Source of the DNA: Albugo candida
Lineage: Eukaryota
Assembly: GCA_040437565.1 (NCBI GenBank)
Contig: JBDOQK010000005.1
Span: forward strand, 186,001 to 250,000
Direction of reading: 5' to 3'
DNA length: 64,000 nucleotides
Shown here: in pieces, positions 1 to 14,020 of the stretch
Numbering within the stretch: the first letter of the stretch is position 1
Layout: every line of letters starts with the position of its first letter
Notes under the pieces: model-generated
What the model was told of the DNA's origin: nothing
The model's database searches: none
What the model saw: only the letters and a program-made list of their open reading frames with translations
Position numbers and translations under genes: made by a program

Positions 1-3000
1 CTTTTCATGTATATTGAAACAAGTCTGGCATTGTGGATAGTAGCGCTGACGGCCGAGTTATCGAATGATCAAATCCGTCAATCTCAGTAGCTGTCAGAAG
101 ATAGTGATGATAAATGTAAGAAAAATTTGACGCATTCGATGCGCATGATCCGCGTAATATGAAAAAGACTTCGATTCCCGCTATTATGAAATCCCAACTC
201 TCGTCTGAACGATTACATCATGGATTGTTTTTTTCGCCACCGTATCTAAGCATGTGCTTGTAGGACTGATAGAAGATCCAAACAGCAATGCTGACTTATC
301 GATCCATACGACAACCCGAGTATACATTTATAATGTCGTAGCACTGACTATTTCGATACAGAATAGCTTCAAGTGCTGAGTTATTCATCCAGGCGTTCTG
401 TTCTGACATTTCGAGCAAGTTTCGGTCTATCATCTATTGGAAGCTTGAAGTAGAAACAGGTCATTAGCGTGCTTGCATTGAAGGGAGCCTGAATGAATGC
501 ACAAGACCAACAAAACGTGTGTAACGTATTTGAAATTATGCTTGAATATGTAAACTCATAACAGCAGCTATAAAGTAGTAATTTTAGCGAAGACACTCGG
601 CACGTGATTTAAAAGAGTTCAAGATAGTCTTATTGTCGACAACAGCGCCAAACAATGATGAGAAGTAACAGAGAAGTAACCGAGAAGAGTAAGAATGTAT
701 TATGCATGTTGCTGAAAAGTAAGAAAGAAAAAGAACAAGATAGGGAACCGAAAGAAAAAGGGTCGTGCACTGCAATTTTCGAATATGGATCCTAGAGGAT
801 CAAGTGTATGGTCAGCGCTTTATCCCGTAGGCCTCACAACCATCATCGTTACCACACGATTTCTTGTTCTGCCTGTTTAATAAGATCCACGCACGCTCCT
901 AGTGCATAAGAAGCTATCTTATCGATACCACTGTACGAACGTCTGTAATCTTCAAGGTCCAGGAGCTTTTACGATTATCAATAAATTCGCAAATCCAGCC
1001 TTGATAGCTAGCATCTGTGATGGTTGTCGGATCACTTTGTCCAAGAACTTTCTCGAATTGTTGACGGACATATCTGTCAGTGTGGTGGCTTCCCTGGATG
1101 CGGAGGGTTCTTCTGACTTCTTGAACATGAATGGGGACACGAATAATCTTTTGGACTATTCGGGTCTTCCAAACTTCTGCAGTCTTCTAGGACTTCATGT
1201 ACGGTTTCTTCGGGCAAGTGCAAATTTGAACAGTCACCAAGCAGAAGCCGAATGTGAGTGATCGCGTCTTGTGTGATACGTCTTTATCCAATCCAGCTGA
1301 ATTCCCACTACTTGAACGGTGTAAAGAACATAAGGGTGCCAATATAGTAGCAGTCGAGACGATGGATAGAGCGGAGCAACCTTCGTTTACGAAGGACCAA
1401 CTTGAGCTTTCATGAGAGCAGGGAGAAAAGTAACTCTAAATACGAAAAATGTCAATGATTGCATGTGTAGAATGGTGGTAGATGGAAGATTGGTAAGTGA
1501 ATCGAATCGCGAACTTGAAAATGAAAAGATTTATTTCTTCTCGGAATAGTGTTCACTGTCGTAAATACTGGACGGAATAAAAAGTTACTTCACTGAAAGG
1601 TGGGAAAAATAGGAGTACGTATATTATTCATGATTGCCAGTTTCTCTTTCTACGGCCTTCCTTAATTACGAAACATCGCGTCGGGACAGTCCTAGCGGAA
1701 GGTATACGAAACCAGTATTTAGATCCTTGGATGATTTTCACCAAAATGTCCGGCGGATGGCAATGTGAACTCGTTACTTTCCAACATTCACTAGCACGGG
1801 ATGTTCCTGCTTGTGAATCTTGCAATACATCAGAATCTTTCTCAATCAGCGGCTGTCGTCTGTAGTTATCAAACATGTGACAAGTACATTAGCAGCAGCA
1901 AGACCTTACCGGCCCTTCCGCACGAGATTCTTCTGCTTTCCATTCCGTCTTTTTTCCAAAACAGATGGAAACTCAAACTTCTCTGTCAAGACCTTGTTCT
2001 GTTGTGTCATGCTGATGGGTGCGCTATCTTAGGTTTGTTCGATACCGGCTGAGAGGATACACTGCACACAAGATCTGGCTCCATCATCATTTTGAAGCAT
2101 TAGGCGGTGAAATAGCAATGAGTGTCCTCTCAATGTTGACAACTAGCATACCTAATCCTATAATTTGCGTCGTATATTTTCTGGACGATAATGGCATCGC
2201 ATTGCATGTCGCCATTTGTTGTCATTTGATGATACACATATGCTCTATCCCATATTCACAATTGTCAACGCTATTGGAAATCGCGCCAAAGGTCGTACAC
2301 AGAGACCTATAGTTTGAAAGGTATATGGGAAACTCTCTTAGCAACTATCTTATGTCTCTCTACGACATTCAACTGCCTACGATTATTCATGAGATGGTGA
2401 GCTTCCACCAGTGAAGATCTTCAACTTACCGTCGTTGCAATCAGTAGATCCGGTTTCCAACAAACGCCCGTGCCAAGATCATCACCGTCATAACGAATCA
2501 TTCCATTTGGATGATTCCATTTATTGCTGTGTCTTCATTACACAAGAAATTCGCCGATTGTTTGTCATACTCCTAATGTAGTCTCGACTTATTGCAGGTC
2601 GTCTACCTTTAGTAAAAGACCCACGCAATACAAACGCTGACAACCTGTTTATTGTTATTGCTTGGTGAATTCTAGCGTCCAATGTAACAGAACAAACATC
2701 ACCATTGTATTTTTCCTGCTGAATACTGCTGAAGCTCATTTTGAAGACTGCGCGGCCTCACGATTCAATATTGGCTCGACGAATTACAGTGACTTCTTGG
2801 ATTTCAGCGACTCGAATGCACACAGCTACAAGCCCTTGAATTCTAATGGAAACTCACGCCGGTATAGTAAGAAGTATTTGTGGTATCTCGACACTGAGCT
2901 TGTTCAAATGAAGCATTTGAACGACTTAATGATAAATTAGACAACAATCCCGGTCGTTGCCAAGGCCGACGCAATACCTACCTGATGGAGATAGTTCCGA

Positions 3001-3425
3001 TCCAGGGTCGAAAACGTCCAAAAAATACGTGAGCAGAAGATATCAGCCCTGCCTCACTCTACAGCCTGTGGGGATGCGCGGAGTTTTATATTATCGATGT
3101 GCGACTGGAGATACGAGTCCCTTCTGCCTGCTGTTCTCGAAGAAGTCTGTCTGCCCCTCCGCAATCTTTGCAGCGCACAGCGAACCAGATTATTGAATTA
3201 AAGCTGAAGCAGTGCATCATTCGTTGCAACGACGATACACAAGCGATGAAAGGTGCATCACAATAGCAAATATATGTATTTGTGACTGGAAGGTATCTAG
3301 AAATTGAATATGCGCCACATGCATAGATAGCCACTATGAGCATCTCCAACGAGCCCGCCACGCGTATAAACAATGATTCTGATGAATGCGAGCCACTCGC
3401 TCGGCATAATCCACAGTATTATTCT

Positions 3426-4618
3426 TTAAGTGCTCATTGTAGCTTCAGAACTCTGAGGGTATAGATAATGATACATTTGATCTTGAAGATGGATCACATT
3501 GCGAGATACTATCGTGGTCCCTTCCAATCCAACTGAACAAAGTAACAAAGCATAAGGTTTCACGTAATGATTGGTATAGAATGGTACCGTCTACCTTCCA
3601 TAACGATATCGTAACTATACTTCTCATTTGCTTTGAAGCGAAGAGTTCCGCTCACATTTTGAGTGGTATTCACTGCAATAGGCTTTGACAGTAAAAGACG
3701 ACACTGATACCAATGCGTTCCAGGTGCATTTGGTGCTGTGCTCAGTACCACGCGCGAAGTAGAACCGTTGAAGGAGACGGTAAACCAGCATCCAAGTCCA
3801 TGCAAAATCGCTTACATATAAAGCATACGTCATCGTGTGTTGAAATGCCACAAATATATTCTTATACCTGTTTTTTCGATACAAAAATGAAATGGAATCG
3901 TAAACTCTTTTAATGCTTCGTTGCTTACGTCAGAAAAATCAATTTCGTGCGTGGCGGCTTTGGAGATATCGCACAACAGCATAGAGACGGGAAAGTAGCC
4001 GACAATCGGCTGGGAGAAATGATTTTGCATCGCTTTTTCAGTCAGTGCATTCAAATTCAGACCATAAAAATCGCTATTTTGCCAAAATGCCACTTTGCTC
4101 ATCTGCTCTTGAAATATGTTCTCGTCCGTAAATGGTACGACGTGCATCGTCCCGATGGACGGAAACATTTTAAAGTTTGCATCTGATGGTCGCCGCCATT
4201 TTTTCCCTGCATTTACATATGTCTCTAACATCCGCTCGTGAACAAGGAAAAATCCCATGGGCTCAGAAATTACGATATCGACAGGTTGTGGTAGCTCTAC
4301 CATTTCCATTTTACCTTTAAGGACCGTGACACGGTCTTGCAGTCCATTGGATAGGAATAATGCCCGTGCACAATCGGCGACATCGCTCAGTTCCACAGCG
4401 TAGACGTGTTTTGCACCAGCTTTAAGCGCGAAATAGGCTAGGATACCTGTTCCTGTCCCAACATCGAGAACGATTTTATCTTTAAAGTCATTACTATTCT
4501 CCATCATTGCGCGCTCATACGTGCTAGTACGAGCGTAGTCTTGAAGCATATTTTGCTGATGCAATAGCATCCCATAATACTGCGAGAAAGGATTATTATC
4601 GTCATTTTCTGTGGTCAT
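3426..4618 (-). CDS. CARM1: Protein arginine methyltransferase, CARM1/PRMT4-like (3 exons)
   Basis: HQQNMLQDYART, SAM motif VLDVGTGTGIL, double-E loop ISEPMG...HER, THWYQ loop. GT-AG intron 3811-3867 and a second intron near 3534-3594 join the ORFs to a TAA at 3426-3428. Confidence 0.9.
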
Positions 4619-4769
4619 TACGAAAAAAGCACAGCGAAAAAGTATCGATACGTGACGCTTTATCCGTTATAAGCGTATATCATTTACTAGGGGATGTATG
4701 CAAGTTTCCTTTCAACTTTCAACAATTTCAGCTTTTCGCCTCCCGCCAAACTGCACGGAGTGAATCGAT

Positions 4770-7446
4770 TCAAGCATGGATCGCGGTCCGATCCTTCTCT
4801 GCAACAATCCACATGCTGTCATCTTCTAGATCAAGCCGTTCTGCCAAGGCCATGATGGAGCCTGTTTCGAGCAAGTACGACACGAGCTGATCGTTGGCGT
4901 CCACCATTTTATCTAATGCTTCTTCTTCGCGTTCCTCCCTCACCATATTGTCTTGGTAACAGTGTGAAGCACTTTTGACATTATTTATTTTGTCGATGAT
5001 AGAAACGCTTGTATCCTCTGCTTGTAACGGGTTCTTACTGCTGTCACGCAGCCGCCTTGTTTTAATGGTTCCATTTAGCGTCTTCTCGATTGAGCTGGTC
5101 TCATCATCAGAAGATGTCGAAGGAGTTTTGTTGGCATTCGCTTGACTTTCCCCTGAATGTATTTGCGATGAATGCTGAGAAGTCTCATTGGTACCCGAGA
5201 GCATCTTTTGTTGCTGACGCATTGCCGCTTTCTTTTCCCTTGTTCGTTGACGCTTTTTCTGTCGCTTACTTCGTTTGGATGCCTGTTTAGCTTGCTTCTC
5301 ATTTGTTTCTTTCTCAGTTTCTTCTTTCCACAAACTCTCTTGATATTTCAAATGGAATACAGTACAATCGCAATTTTTGCAAACATTGCATTTGCATTCA
5401 TCACAGAAAAAAGTGTCATTGGAATGCTTTGAGAAGGCGCCCATGCAAATCGCACATGTCACAAAATGTTCCTGCCATATTCGAGAAGCTCGCTTTGCTA
5501 CCGTTGCCGACTTGTGTGTGACCAGTGTTTCTATATTTGCAGAGGCCATTAAGCCTGCGTACGGATTTGGTGCGTCTGTCCGCTTTGCTTCTAACTCGCC
5601 CACCTGAAGGATTCGCTCAAGACCCTCTAACGCCATCATGACCATACTGGTCTCCTCTAGTAGGTTTCCAAGTATTTGGATGCATCCTTCATTCACCAGG
5701 TACTCAATCTGACTATCAGACCCGCAAGAGGTTGCATTGAGGACCACCCAACAAGCCTCACTTTTGACTTCTGCGTCTGTTGCCTCTGCAGAAGCCAAGT
5801 TCATAAGCGATGGAATACAACCAGAGTCCAGAACACACTGAATTTGATCAACCGTCCCTGCAGCTATATTGGAAAGCGTCCAGCATGCTTCTTTCTGTAT
5901 TTCACGATTGGAATGGGCAATAAGTCTTCGAAGTGACGGAACCGCTCCGCATTCGATTATGTGCTGCGTGTAGTCATGATCATCTTCAGCACATACGATG
6001 TTGCCGATAGCTCGCAAAGCTGGCTTGGTAACCCGCCAGGATGAATGACTGAGAAGTTCCACAAGCCGGAAACAAACATCGGAATCGACCACAGCCTGAA
6101 TATGAGCACTCGGTCCATCACACAAGTGAGAGAATGCCCAGCAAATGTGACTCAATATCTCTGTGTCTGTACTTGCGAGCATCTAATAATATCAAGCTGA
6201 GAGAAATATGATAGAGCAAAATGATGCCAATCTGATGAGCAAACCTTGGCAAGATATGGCAAAACAATGCTAATGTCGAATACTGGCCGTGGTTGGCCAT
6301 CACAAAGATTACTAAGTGTCCAAGTGAGAATTCGAAGCAACGAGAGCCGATCCCAAGATGTCTTTTTCAAATTATTCACAAGTGGGGCCAACGCGCCAGC
6401 ATTGAGGACAAGATCACGCGTAGCAGATCCTTCGCCGGCAAGATTGCCCAACACCCATACAGACTGTTCCAGGACCTGAATTGAGCGACGTTAGCGATTA
6501 CGGGTAACACTTTTACATCGAATGAGCGTACTTCTTCATTCGAAGAGTCCAGTAAAGATACGAGCGTCGGAATCACTCCATTTTGCAGCAACACAGCCGT
6601 ATTATCAGTAGCTCCTGCAGCAATATTTGTCAATGCCCACAGTGCTTCCACCTGCAAAGTCGGTCGATCACGTAGTCGAAGCCATTTGATAAGCCGTGGA
6701 GTCCAATTTTTCTCGAGCATCTAACACAGCATCGTTACCATCCTTCCATTTGCATTTATGTTGTGGCTACTGACCTGACGAATTAATAAATCTCTTTCGG
6801 AGGAAAGTAGAATGCGTAGTTTCTTTGCAGCTTCCAGCTGTAAATCTGCATTCTCAGAGTTCAACCCGATGTCAATTTTGTTCAGATCTCCCTGAAAGCT
6901 CGAGGATGCAAGGATTTCATTTCCAATATCTTTCCCATGCAAACTCGTTAATGCTTGCAAGTCTACTTTATTTGAAGCAAAATTTAGTTGATGGGCTTGT
7001 TGGGAGGCTTCAGTGAAGATGGACGCATGACGATGGATATGATTATGGATTTGAAGTTGATGTGGATGGATGAAGCCTGAATTTACTGGCATTCCGTTCG
7101 TCCCGATCATCGCTTCCTCCGCACTCGATATGTGATGATGGATCGTTGTCGTTGTCGAAGTTAAAAGCGCTGCATTATTCCCTAAATGCATTGATTGATG
7201 GTGATGCACGATGTCTCCATTCTCGTTCCGATGCGTTGAAATTGTCGATGAAGAAGATGGAGCGCCAGGATGAACAATCACATTTGGATTTGCCTTTTTG
7301 GCACTTCCTGATGCGTTAATTGTGATGTTTGCTCCTGGCGATAATGGTGATGGTAATGCTGCAACAGCGGCTGCTGTCAATTCTGCGACTTCAGAAGGTG
7401 ACCAGAACTGCTTGGAATGCTTTGCTTTCACCGTATTCATGTTCAT
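4770..7446 (-). CDS. Importin-alpha-like armadillo repeat protein with C-terminal Cys-rich and basic extension (~834 aa, 4 exons)
   Basis: ARM motifs EALWALTNIAAG, WVLGNLAGE, WTLSNLC, PALRAIGNIV, EACWTLSNIAAG. Exons 7446-6775, 6720-6532, 6475-6245 and 6182-4770 are joined in frame by GT-AG introns. Confidence 0.88.
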
Positions 7447-8061
7447 CCGCTCTACTAATCAGATGAGAAGTGTGGTAAGCAATTACGCAATAAAGTGCGT
7501 ACGTGTGGTATCTCTGATAATATTTGGAGCAGATACGTGCGTTCAGAATGCGATAAATAACTTCCACTTTGTTGTTTTGTTTGGATTTCCTTCGTAATCG
7601 CTCAAGATTCGCAAAGAGCAGATAGTATTGTAATATCCGGAACAAAGCTGTAAGATTCCGTTTTGAAGTCAGTTTTTTGTATCAGAGCAATTACGTTCCC
7701 TTATTTGTAATCTCGTGTATCTAATGAGTACGTAATCAGCACTTTATGGATCAATTCTCACGTTACGGACCGCCGCCACCGCCAAAAACTAAAAATATTT
7801 TGGCCGGAATTTAAGAACAGATCAAATGATGATTTTCAGAACTTCGCTTTTGAACAGTAAGCATGGCATTTATTTCAGGATAGTCAGAGGGTTTNNNNNN
7901 NNNNNNNNNNNNNNNNNNNNNNNNNNNNNNNNNNNNNNNNNNNNNNNNNNNNNNNNNNNNNNNNNNNNNNNNNNNNNNNNNNNNNNNNNNNNNNTCAGAG
8001 GGTTTCATTATATTACAGAATAGTCTAGAATAGCGTCGATAATGACAGTGCAAAGTGCCGG

Positions 8062-9893
8062 TCATGATTGACGGGCATACATAACGAGTTGTGATGGACA
8101 CAAGAAGCCGCATAAGGCTTCACTGGTAGTTCGATCGCCAGTCGGTATTGTATGATGGATATCCACTACAGGTTCAGACAGATGGAGATTGGTGATCCGA
8201 TGTATCAATCCTTCTGTCTGTGCATCCCAAATAAGAACAGATTTCGTAAATTCATCACCAGATGCAACAAAAGTGCGATTTTGCTGCTTCCATATCGCTG
8301 AGCGGCACAACATCGTCGGAGTCGAGTGACCGATAAGAGTGCACTGTGGTGTGAGTACGTCTGGGAATCCACCAAGCGATGGTAGATTGTACAGAATATG
8401 CTTTGCGTGGACTTGTTTCTGAGTTCGTGTGGAGATGAGTATCGTATTTTCCGTCCAGGATGAGGAAGTGCAATTACCATCGACTGGTATGGTCTTTATG
8501 TTTTCTTGTGGATTATTGGATGCATCAGTCGAGTCCAATCGCCATAAGGAGCAACTACTGAATGTTGCAGCCATGATAGACTCGCTTCCATCGTCAGAAG
8601 GGATGATCTTAAGTGAATGTACAGGTTGACGGTGAGGTAATTTCCACATCATCAATGCATTTTGTTGCTCTGTATTCCTAATATCAAGCTTCCTCAAGTC
8701 ATACTTGCCGACAGTTCCATCGTGAAATCCGCACAAAATGATGTTGCTATCGTTCTGGCTAAAGCTGCATGACCAGCCTTGACGTTTTTGTATGGGAAGC
8801 TTAAATCTGGCAACAACACTATACCAGCGCAAATCTGTTACTGCGAGTACTCCATCAAAGGCTGTCGTTAATACCAGCTCGTCAGTCGCACTTATTTTCA
8901 GATCACGGACGGCGGTTTGATGAACCGGGATTTGGGTAATGTGCCCGGAATCGAGTGTACTAACACATTTTATGCCAAAGGATGCTGTTGAAAAAGATTC
9001 TCCAATACAGATTGCACTGCACGATCGTTTGATTTCAAATACGCGTGATTGACGCAGAGCATGTCGAGAAACTTCTCTATACTTCCAAGGTACTATACCC
9101 TCACTTTCTTCATACGAATGCTCACACAGATTAGACAAACTTTGCTTTTCCATACCGTCACGTTTGAGCCCTGAACCACGACCTTCTAAATGATACTGAC
9201 TCAATCGCTGCGTCTGCTGGCGCTGTAGTTGAAATTCGAGATCAGCGTAAAGTAGCCTCCACTTTTCCGTTGCTGATGTCAATTCTTTTACACAGTTTTG
9301 AGCGATTTGGAGTTGCAGCTGTGTTTTGGAGAGCACGGTCTCAGCCTGGGTCGAATGCATGGAGAATCATGAGCTATAAATCATCAATGCATCAATGATC
9401 GTACCTCAAGTCGACGATTTTTTTCCATCATGAGATTTTGTCTCAGTTCCTCTGACCCAGAATTGTCCACCACAGCGATGTGATCAGAGTATAGCGGATG
9501 CACATCAACTCGACGCATGTTTACGTTACAATTTGGACAAGTCCGGCGTTCACGGATCCATCGTTCTATACATTTCTTTCCAAACAAATGGCCACACTTT
9601 AAAGCACTTAATCGATGCTTTCCGGTTTTAGTACATGACTCATAACAAATTGAGCACTCGTAAGGTTTGCATAATCGTCTGGATGCATCCTTTTGCATTT
9701 TCTCTGCTTTTTTCTTCCCTGGTGAGGGAGTAATCTTACTTCGTTTCGGAGCCGAACCACAGTCTTGTTCAGTGTTTATAGCTACTTCTGTTCCAGTAGA
9801 ATGTAGATGATGCATCTGCATCAAGCCTTGCTCAACCTCATGCTCTGATCTCAAAGAATTTTCTTCTGAGATATTGATCGCATTTTCCACCAT
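8062..9893 (-). CDS. RFWD3: RFWD3-like E3 ubiquitin ligase (RING, coiled coil, WD40)
   Basis: RING CSICYE...HRLSALKCGHLFGKKCIERW...CPNC, then coiled coil and WD40-like WSCSF, GFHDGTVGKYDLR, VASGDE. Intron 9346-9404. Confidence 0.85.
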
Positions 9894-12548
9894 TTCTATC
9901 AATGAATGTATTCATTCCTTTAGATCAGCGACAATTGACCAGTCATTTTACAGCATTTAGACGCATTTTGAATTCATCTAATGGAACGCTTTCTCCTTAT
10001 AAACAGATGAAAATACGCCATTGATGTAAGTCGGTCTCGCTCAAGTCCCTGCAGATTATCCTTGCACAGTCAGAGGTGTAAAGGTCACTCTGCTAGTTAA
10101 AAAGACCGAGCTTTTATCCATTATTGGAGCTCTATGTCTCAGATTCTAAAGACGATGCAACTTACGAAGGAGCTCGACATCTTCATGTTTCGGACGCCAA
10201 ATAATAAAATTCTCGAGCATTCATTCAAACAAGTTGCATTCAACTTCTGGAGTTTTTCTCAGCAAACTCTACCAGATTCTCATTTTGACCATTTTCGACG
10301 CAGTATGGTGCTATAATTCACTTTCGATTGGAAGCATTGCCTCATGGACATGGATGGAAGAATTATCACAGAAAAGTGATAAAATCTGCCAATCGCCGCA
10401 TCCAGTGCAACTAAATACCTAACAACGAAGTACAAGAGGGCGAACAAGATAACAGAGCGCATCGATCTGAACGACTTGCCAGCGCACATCAACTGTTGCA
10501 TTCAAGAGCAAAGAATTCTTCTGAAACACTATTAACAAAGTTTGAAAAGATTTGATACATATTAACATCAACAAATCACATCTGAAACTAAGCGTCTTGA
10601 GCATGTAGTTGCTCTTGTTATATAGCAATCATAGTACACTAGTGACCGAATGTCGATTGACATAAGCTTACAGAAAAGTTAATTTAGCAGATTGCCTTCA
10701 ATCGGGAAGGAATTACAAGGCTCCCACATTTTATCATACAACACTGATGGAAGTGAGGCTCTATCACGCGAGTCCATCGCCACGAAAATGAATTGTCGGC
10801 AATTCATTATACAATTCATTTTTGAGTACGCACAAAATTCAAGCCCAAAGCGCGGGAAGAATTACCTTGCCGCATTTTCGGCAATTTTGCTGACTGGTTG
10901 ACACAGCTCATGTCTGAGGGTTACCAGCGACGTATCTGGAGAGTNNNNNNNNNNNNNNNNNNNNNNNNNNNNNNNNNNNNNNNNNNNNNNNNNNNNNNNN
11001 NNNNNNNNNNNNNNNNNNNNNNNNNNNNNNNNNNNNNNNNNNNNTCTCAGTTCCTCTGACCCAGAATTGTCCACCACAGCGATGTGATCAGAGTATAGCG
11101 GATGCACATCAACTCGACGCATGTTTACGTTACAATTTGGACAAGTCCGGCGTTCACGGATCCATCGTTCTATACATTTCTTTCCAAACAAATGGCCACA
11201 CTTTAAAGCACTTAATCGATGCTTTCCGGTTTTAGTACATGACTCATAACAAATTGAGCACTCGTAAGGTTTGCATAATCGTCTGGATGCATCCTTTTGC
11301 ATTTTCTCTGCTTTTTTCTTCCCTGGTGAGGGAGTAATCTTACTTCGTTTCGGAGCCGAACCACAGTCTTGTTCAGTGTTTATAGCTACTTCTGTTCCAG
11401 TAGAATGTAGATGATGCATCTGCATCAAGCCTTGCTCAACCTCATGCTCTGATCTCAAAGAATTTTCTTCTGAGATATTGATCGCATTTTCCACCATTTC
11501 TATCAATGAATGTATTCATTCCTTTAGATCAGCGACAATTGACCAGTCATTTTACAGCATTTAGACGCATTTTGAATTCATCTAATGGAACGCTTTCTCC
11601 TTATAAACAGATGAAAATACGCCATTGATGTAAGTCGGTCTCGCTCAAGTCCCTGCAGATTATCCTTGCACAGTCAGAGGTGTAAAGGTCACTCTGCTAG
11701 TTAAAAAGACCGAGCTTTTATCCATTATTGGAGCTCTATGTCTCAGATTCTAAAGACGATGCAACTTACGAAGGAGCTCGACATCTTCATGTTTCGGACG
11801 CCAAATAATAAAATTCTCGAGCATTCATTCAAACAAGTTGCATTCAACTTCTGGAGTTTTTCTCAGCAAACTCTACCAGATTCTCATTTTGACCATTTTC
11901 GACGCAGTATGGTGCTATAATTCACTTTCGATTGGAAGCATTGCCTCATGGACATGGATGGAAGAATTATCACAGAAAAGTGATAAAATCTGCCAATCGC
12001 CGCATCCAGTGCAACTAAATACCTAACAACGAAGTACAAGAGGGCGAACAAGATAACAGAGCGCATCGATCTGAACGACTTGCCAGCGCACATCAACTGT
12101 TGCATTCAAGAGCAAAGAATTCTTCTGAAACACTATTAACAAAGTTTGAAAAGATTTGATACATATTAACATCAACAAATCACATCTGAAACTAAGCGTC
12201 TTGAGCATGTAGTTGCTCTTGTTATATAGCAATCATAGTACACTAGTGACCGAATGTCGATTGACATAAGCTTACAGAAAAGTTAATTTAGCAGATTGCC
12301 TTCAATCGGGAAGGAATTACAAGGCTCCCACATTTTATCATACAACACTGATGGAAGTGAGGCTCTATCACGCGAGTCCATCGCCACGAAAATGAATTGT
12401 CGGCAATTCATTATACAATTCATTTTTGAGTACGCACAAAATTCAAGCCCAAAGCGCGGGAAGAATTACCTTGCCGCATTTTCGGCAATTTTGCTGACTG
12501 GTTGACACAGCTCATGTCTGAGGGTTACCAGCGACGTATCTGGAGAGT
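9441..12548. repeat. Gap-flanking direct duplication 9441-10944 = 11045-12548 (probable assembly overlap artefact)
   Basis: Sequence after the gap at 10945-11044 restarts at 9441 (offset 1604). The ORF track repeats identically, including a partial second RFWD3 exon 1. Confidence 0.9.
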
Positions 12549-13683
12549 ATCGAAAGAACTGGATCGCTTAGCACTTACGTGTCAGCAACATCACCTACAA
12601 ACAAAGCAGCGCGATGGATTACCCGAGTGGAAGATCCCACCCTCACTACCAGCTGGAATTGCAAGCGCAACGGCACTGAAAAGAGATCAAATGCATCGAA
12701 GAATCCATCAGAGACAAAGCGAACCTTCGAAATCTGTGCCACTGTATTTTGCGTGGAATTATGACGATCCGAATCGAGACAAATGCCACCAGCTACGTGC
12801 AGAAAGTCAGACTTGCTTGAATCAGCTTCAGTCATCGCCGCAATTGATTTATGAGGAGGAAAAGAAGGAAGATGTATTGAATGAAGATGAGAGTCAGTGT
12901 ACTCAGACTCTGAATGCTTTATCATTATGTGATGTGGTAGATGGCAACACCAAAATGGTTGCTAGTGAGAAGCCATGCACTGAACAGATAAAAGAGAAAA
13001 AAGAGAATGATCGACCAGTGGATCATTCACAGACTTCGAAAATCTATAAGTCAAAAGTTATTGCAATAAAGCCTTGTAGGCGGAAGGCTGAGCAATGCAG
13101 GGGTAAGAGTGATGAGGCATACGGAGTAGCGAAGCGTCTGGAGAGAGACTTATTCGCTAATTTGTTATCCGACGAAAGCCACGACACAGTGGAAGCCTGT
13201 CATTCGCAGAGCTGCATTGATCATGAGATTCCTGATAAGACCGACAAGAAGCAAAACGAGTCCCATAGTCTACTAGCTGATGAAGGTGTCCAGCAGACGA
13301 GTCGCGAGACTAATACACCGTGGAAGTCTGAAAGTGCCCGCTGGTCTAAACCGAATATTGTGAAATTCGTGGAAGCAAGTACTCAGACTACTTCAGATTA
13401 TATCGACTATATCGAAAGACGAAACTCTTCGACACAAACAACAGCAGAGTATGTTTTCGACAAACCACATCGTGCATGCAATGAAGCGGAACAGAAAGGA
13501 AAAAATACACGTAGATCGATGACAACGCGACGTAAGCCAATCCAGCGGAATTTAAAAAAAGAAAGTCCGATCTTCCTTTATCAGAGATACCCCCCTGAAT
13601 CTCAAAGATTATGCGAACGAACAACCTATAAGACGTCATTTAGCAAACGGAAAAGCAAAATGTCGCTGTCTGAAAAACTTTGA
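12514..13683 (+). CDS. Hypothetical hydrophilic protein (~389 aa)
   Basis: Long uninterrupted ORF from ATG 12514, charged and low complexity, no recognised domain. Confidence 0.65.
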   Translation: MSEGYQRRIWRVSKELDRLALTCQQHHLQTKQRDGLPEWKIPPSLPAGIASATALKRDQMHRRIHQRQSEPSKSVPLYFAWNYDDPNRDKCHQLRAESQTCLNQLQSSPQLIYEEEKKEDVLNEDESQCTQTLNALSLCDVVDGNTKMVASEKPCTEQIKEKKENDRPVDHSQTSKIYKSKVIAIKPCRRKAEQCRGKSDEAYGVAKRLERDLFANLLSDESHDTVEACHSQSCIDHEIPDKTDKKQNESHSLLADEGVQQTSRETNTPWKSESARWSKPNIVKFVEASTQTTSDYIDYIERRNSSTQTTAEYVFDKPHRACNEAEQKGKNTRRSMTTRRKPIQRNLKKESPIFLYQRYPPESQRLCERTTYKTSFSKRKSKMSLSEKL

Positions 13684-14020
13684 ATACGCAATTTGGTTCT
13701 AGCTTTCTACTTACGTCAATTTTCTTGGTATCGTTTCACATATGAGCGAGGCATTTCCTTTATCACCCTACGCTTGTAAAGCTTGATCTCTATCAACATG
13801 ATCCAGTCAGATTTTATTACTGAAAGCAATCGGATCATTTGGAAATTTGGCGATCCGAGTGCGCTTTGGGAGACATCGACAATAAAGAGACTCAGCAACA
13901 AGGTACAGAGGATGAAGAACCGAAGAACCCTGCGAAGTGTTGATACGCGAAGCTGTAATTCAAAATAGATACTACGCAGCAATGTGATCGAACTATACAT
14001 CCCGACGCGCTGACTCCAAC

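Noticed and set aside
9980..10800. Short ORFs and intron-like signals on both strands upstream of RFWD3
   Set aside because: A small spliced gene may exist, but no consistent model or family could be derived.
10862..11506. Second RING-finger gene
   Set aside because: It is the gap-duplicated copy of RFWD3 exon 1.
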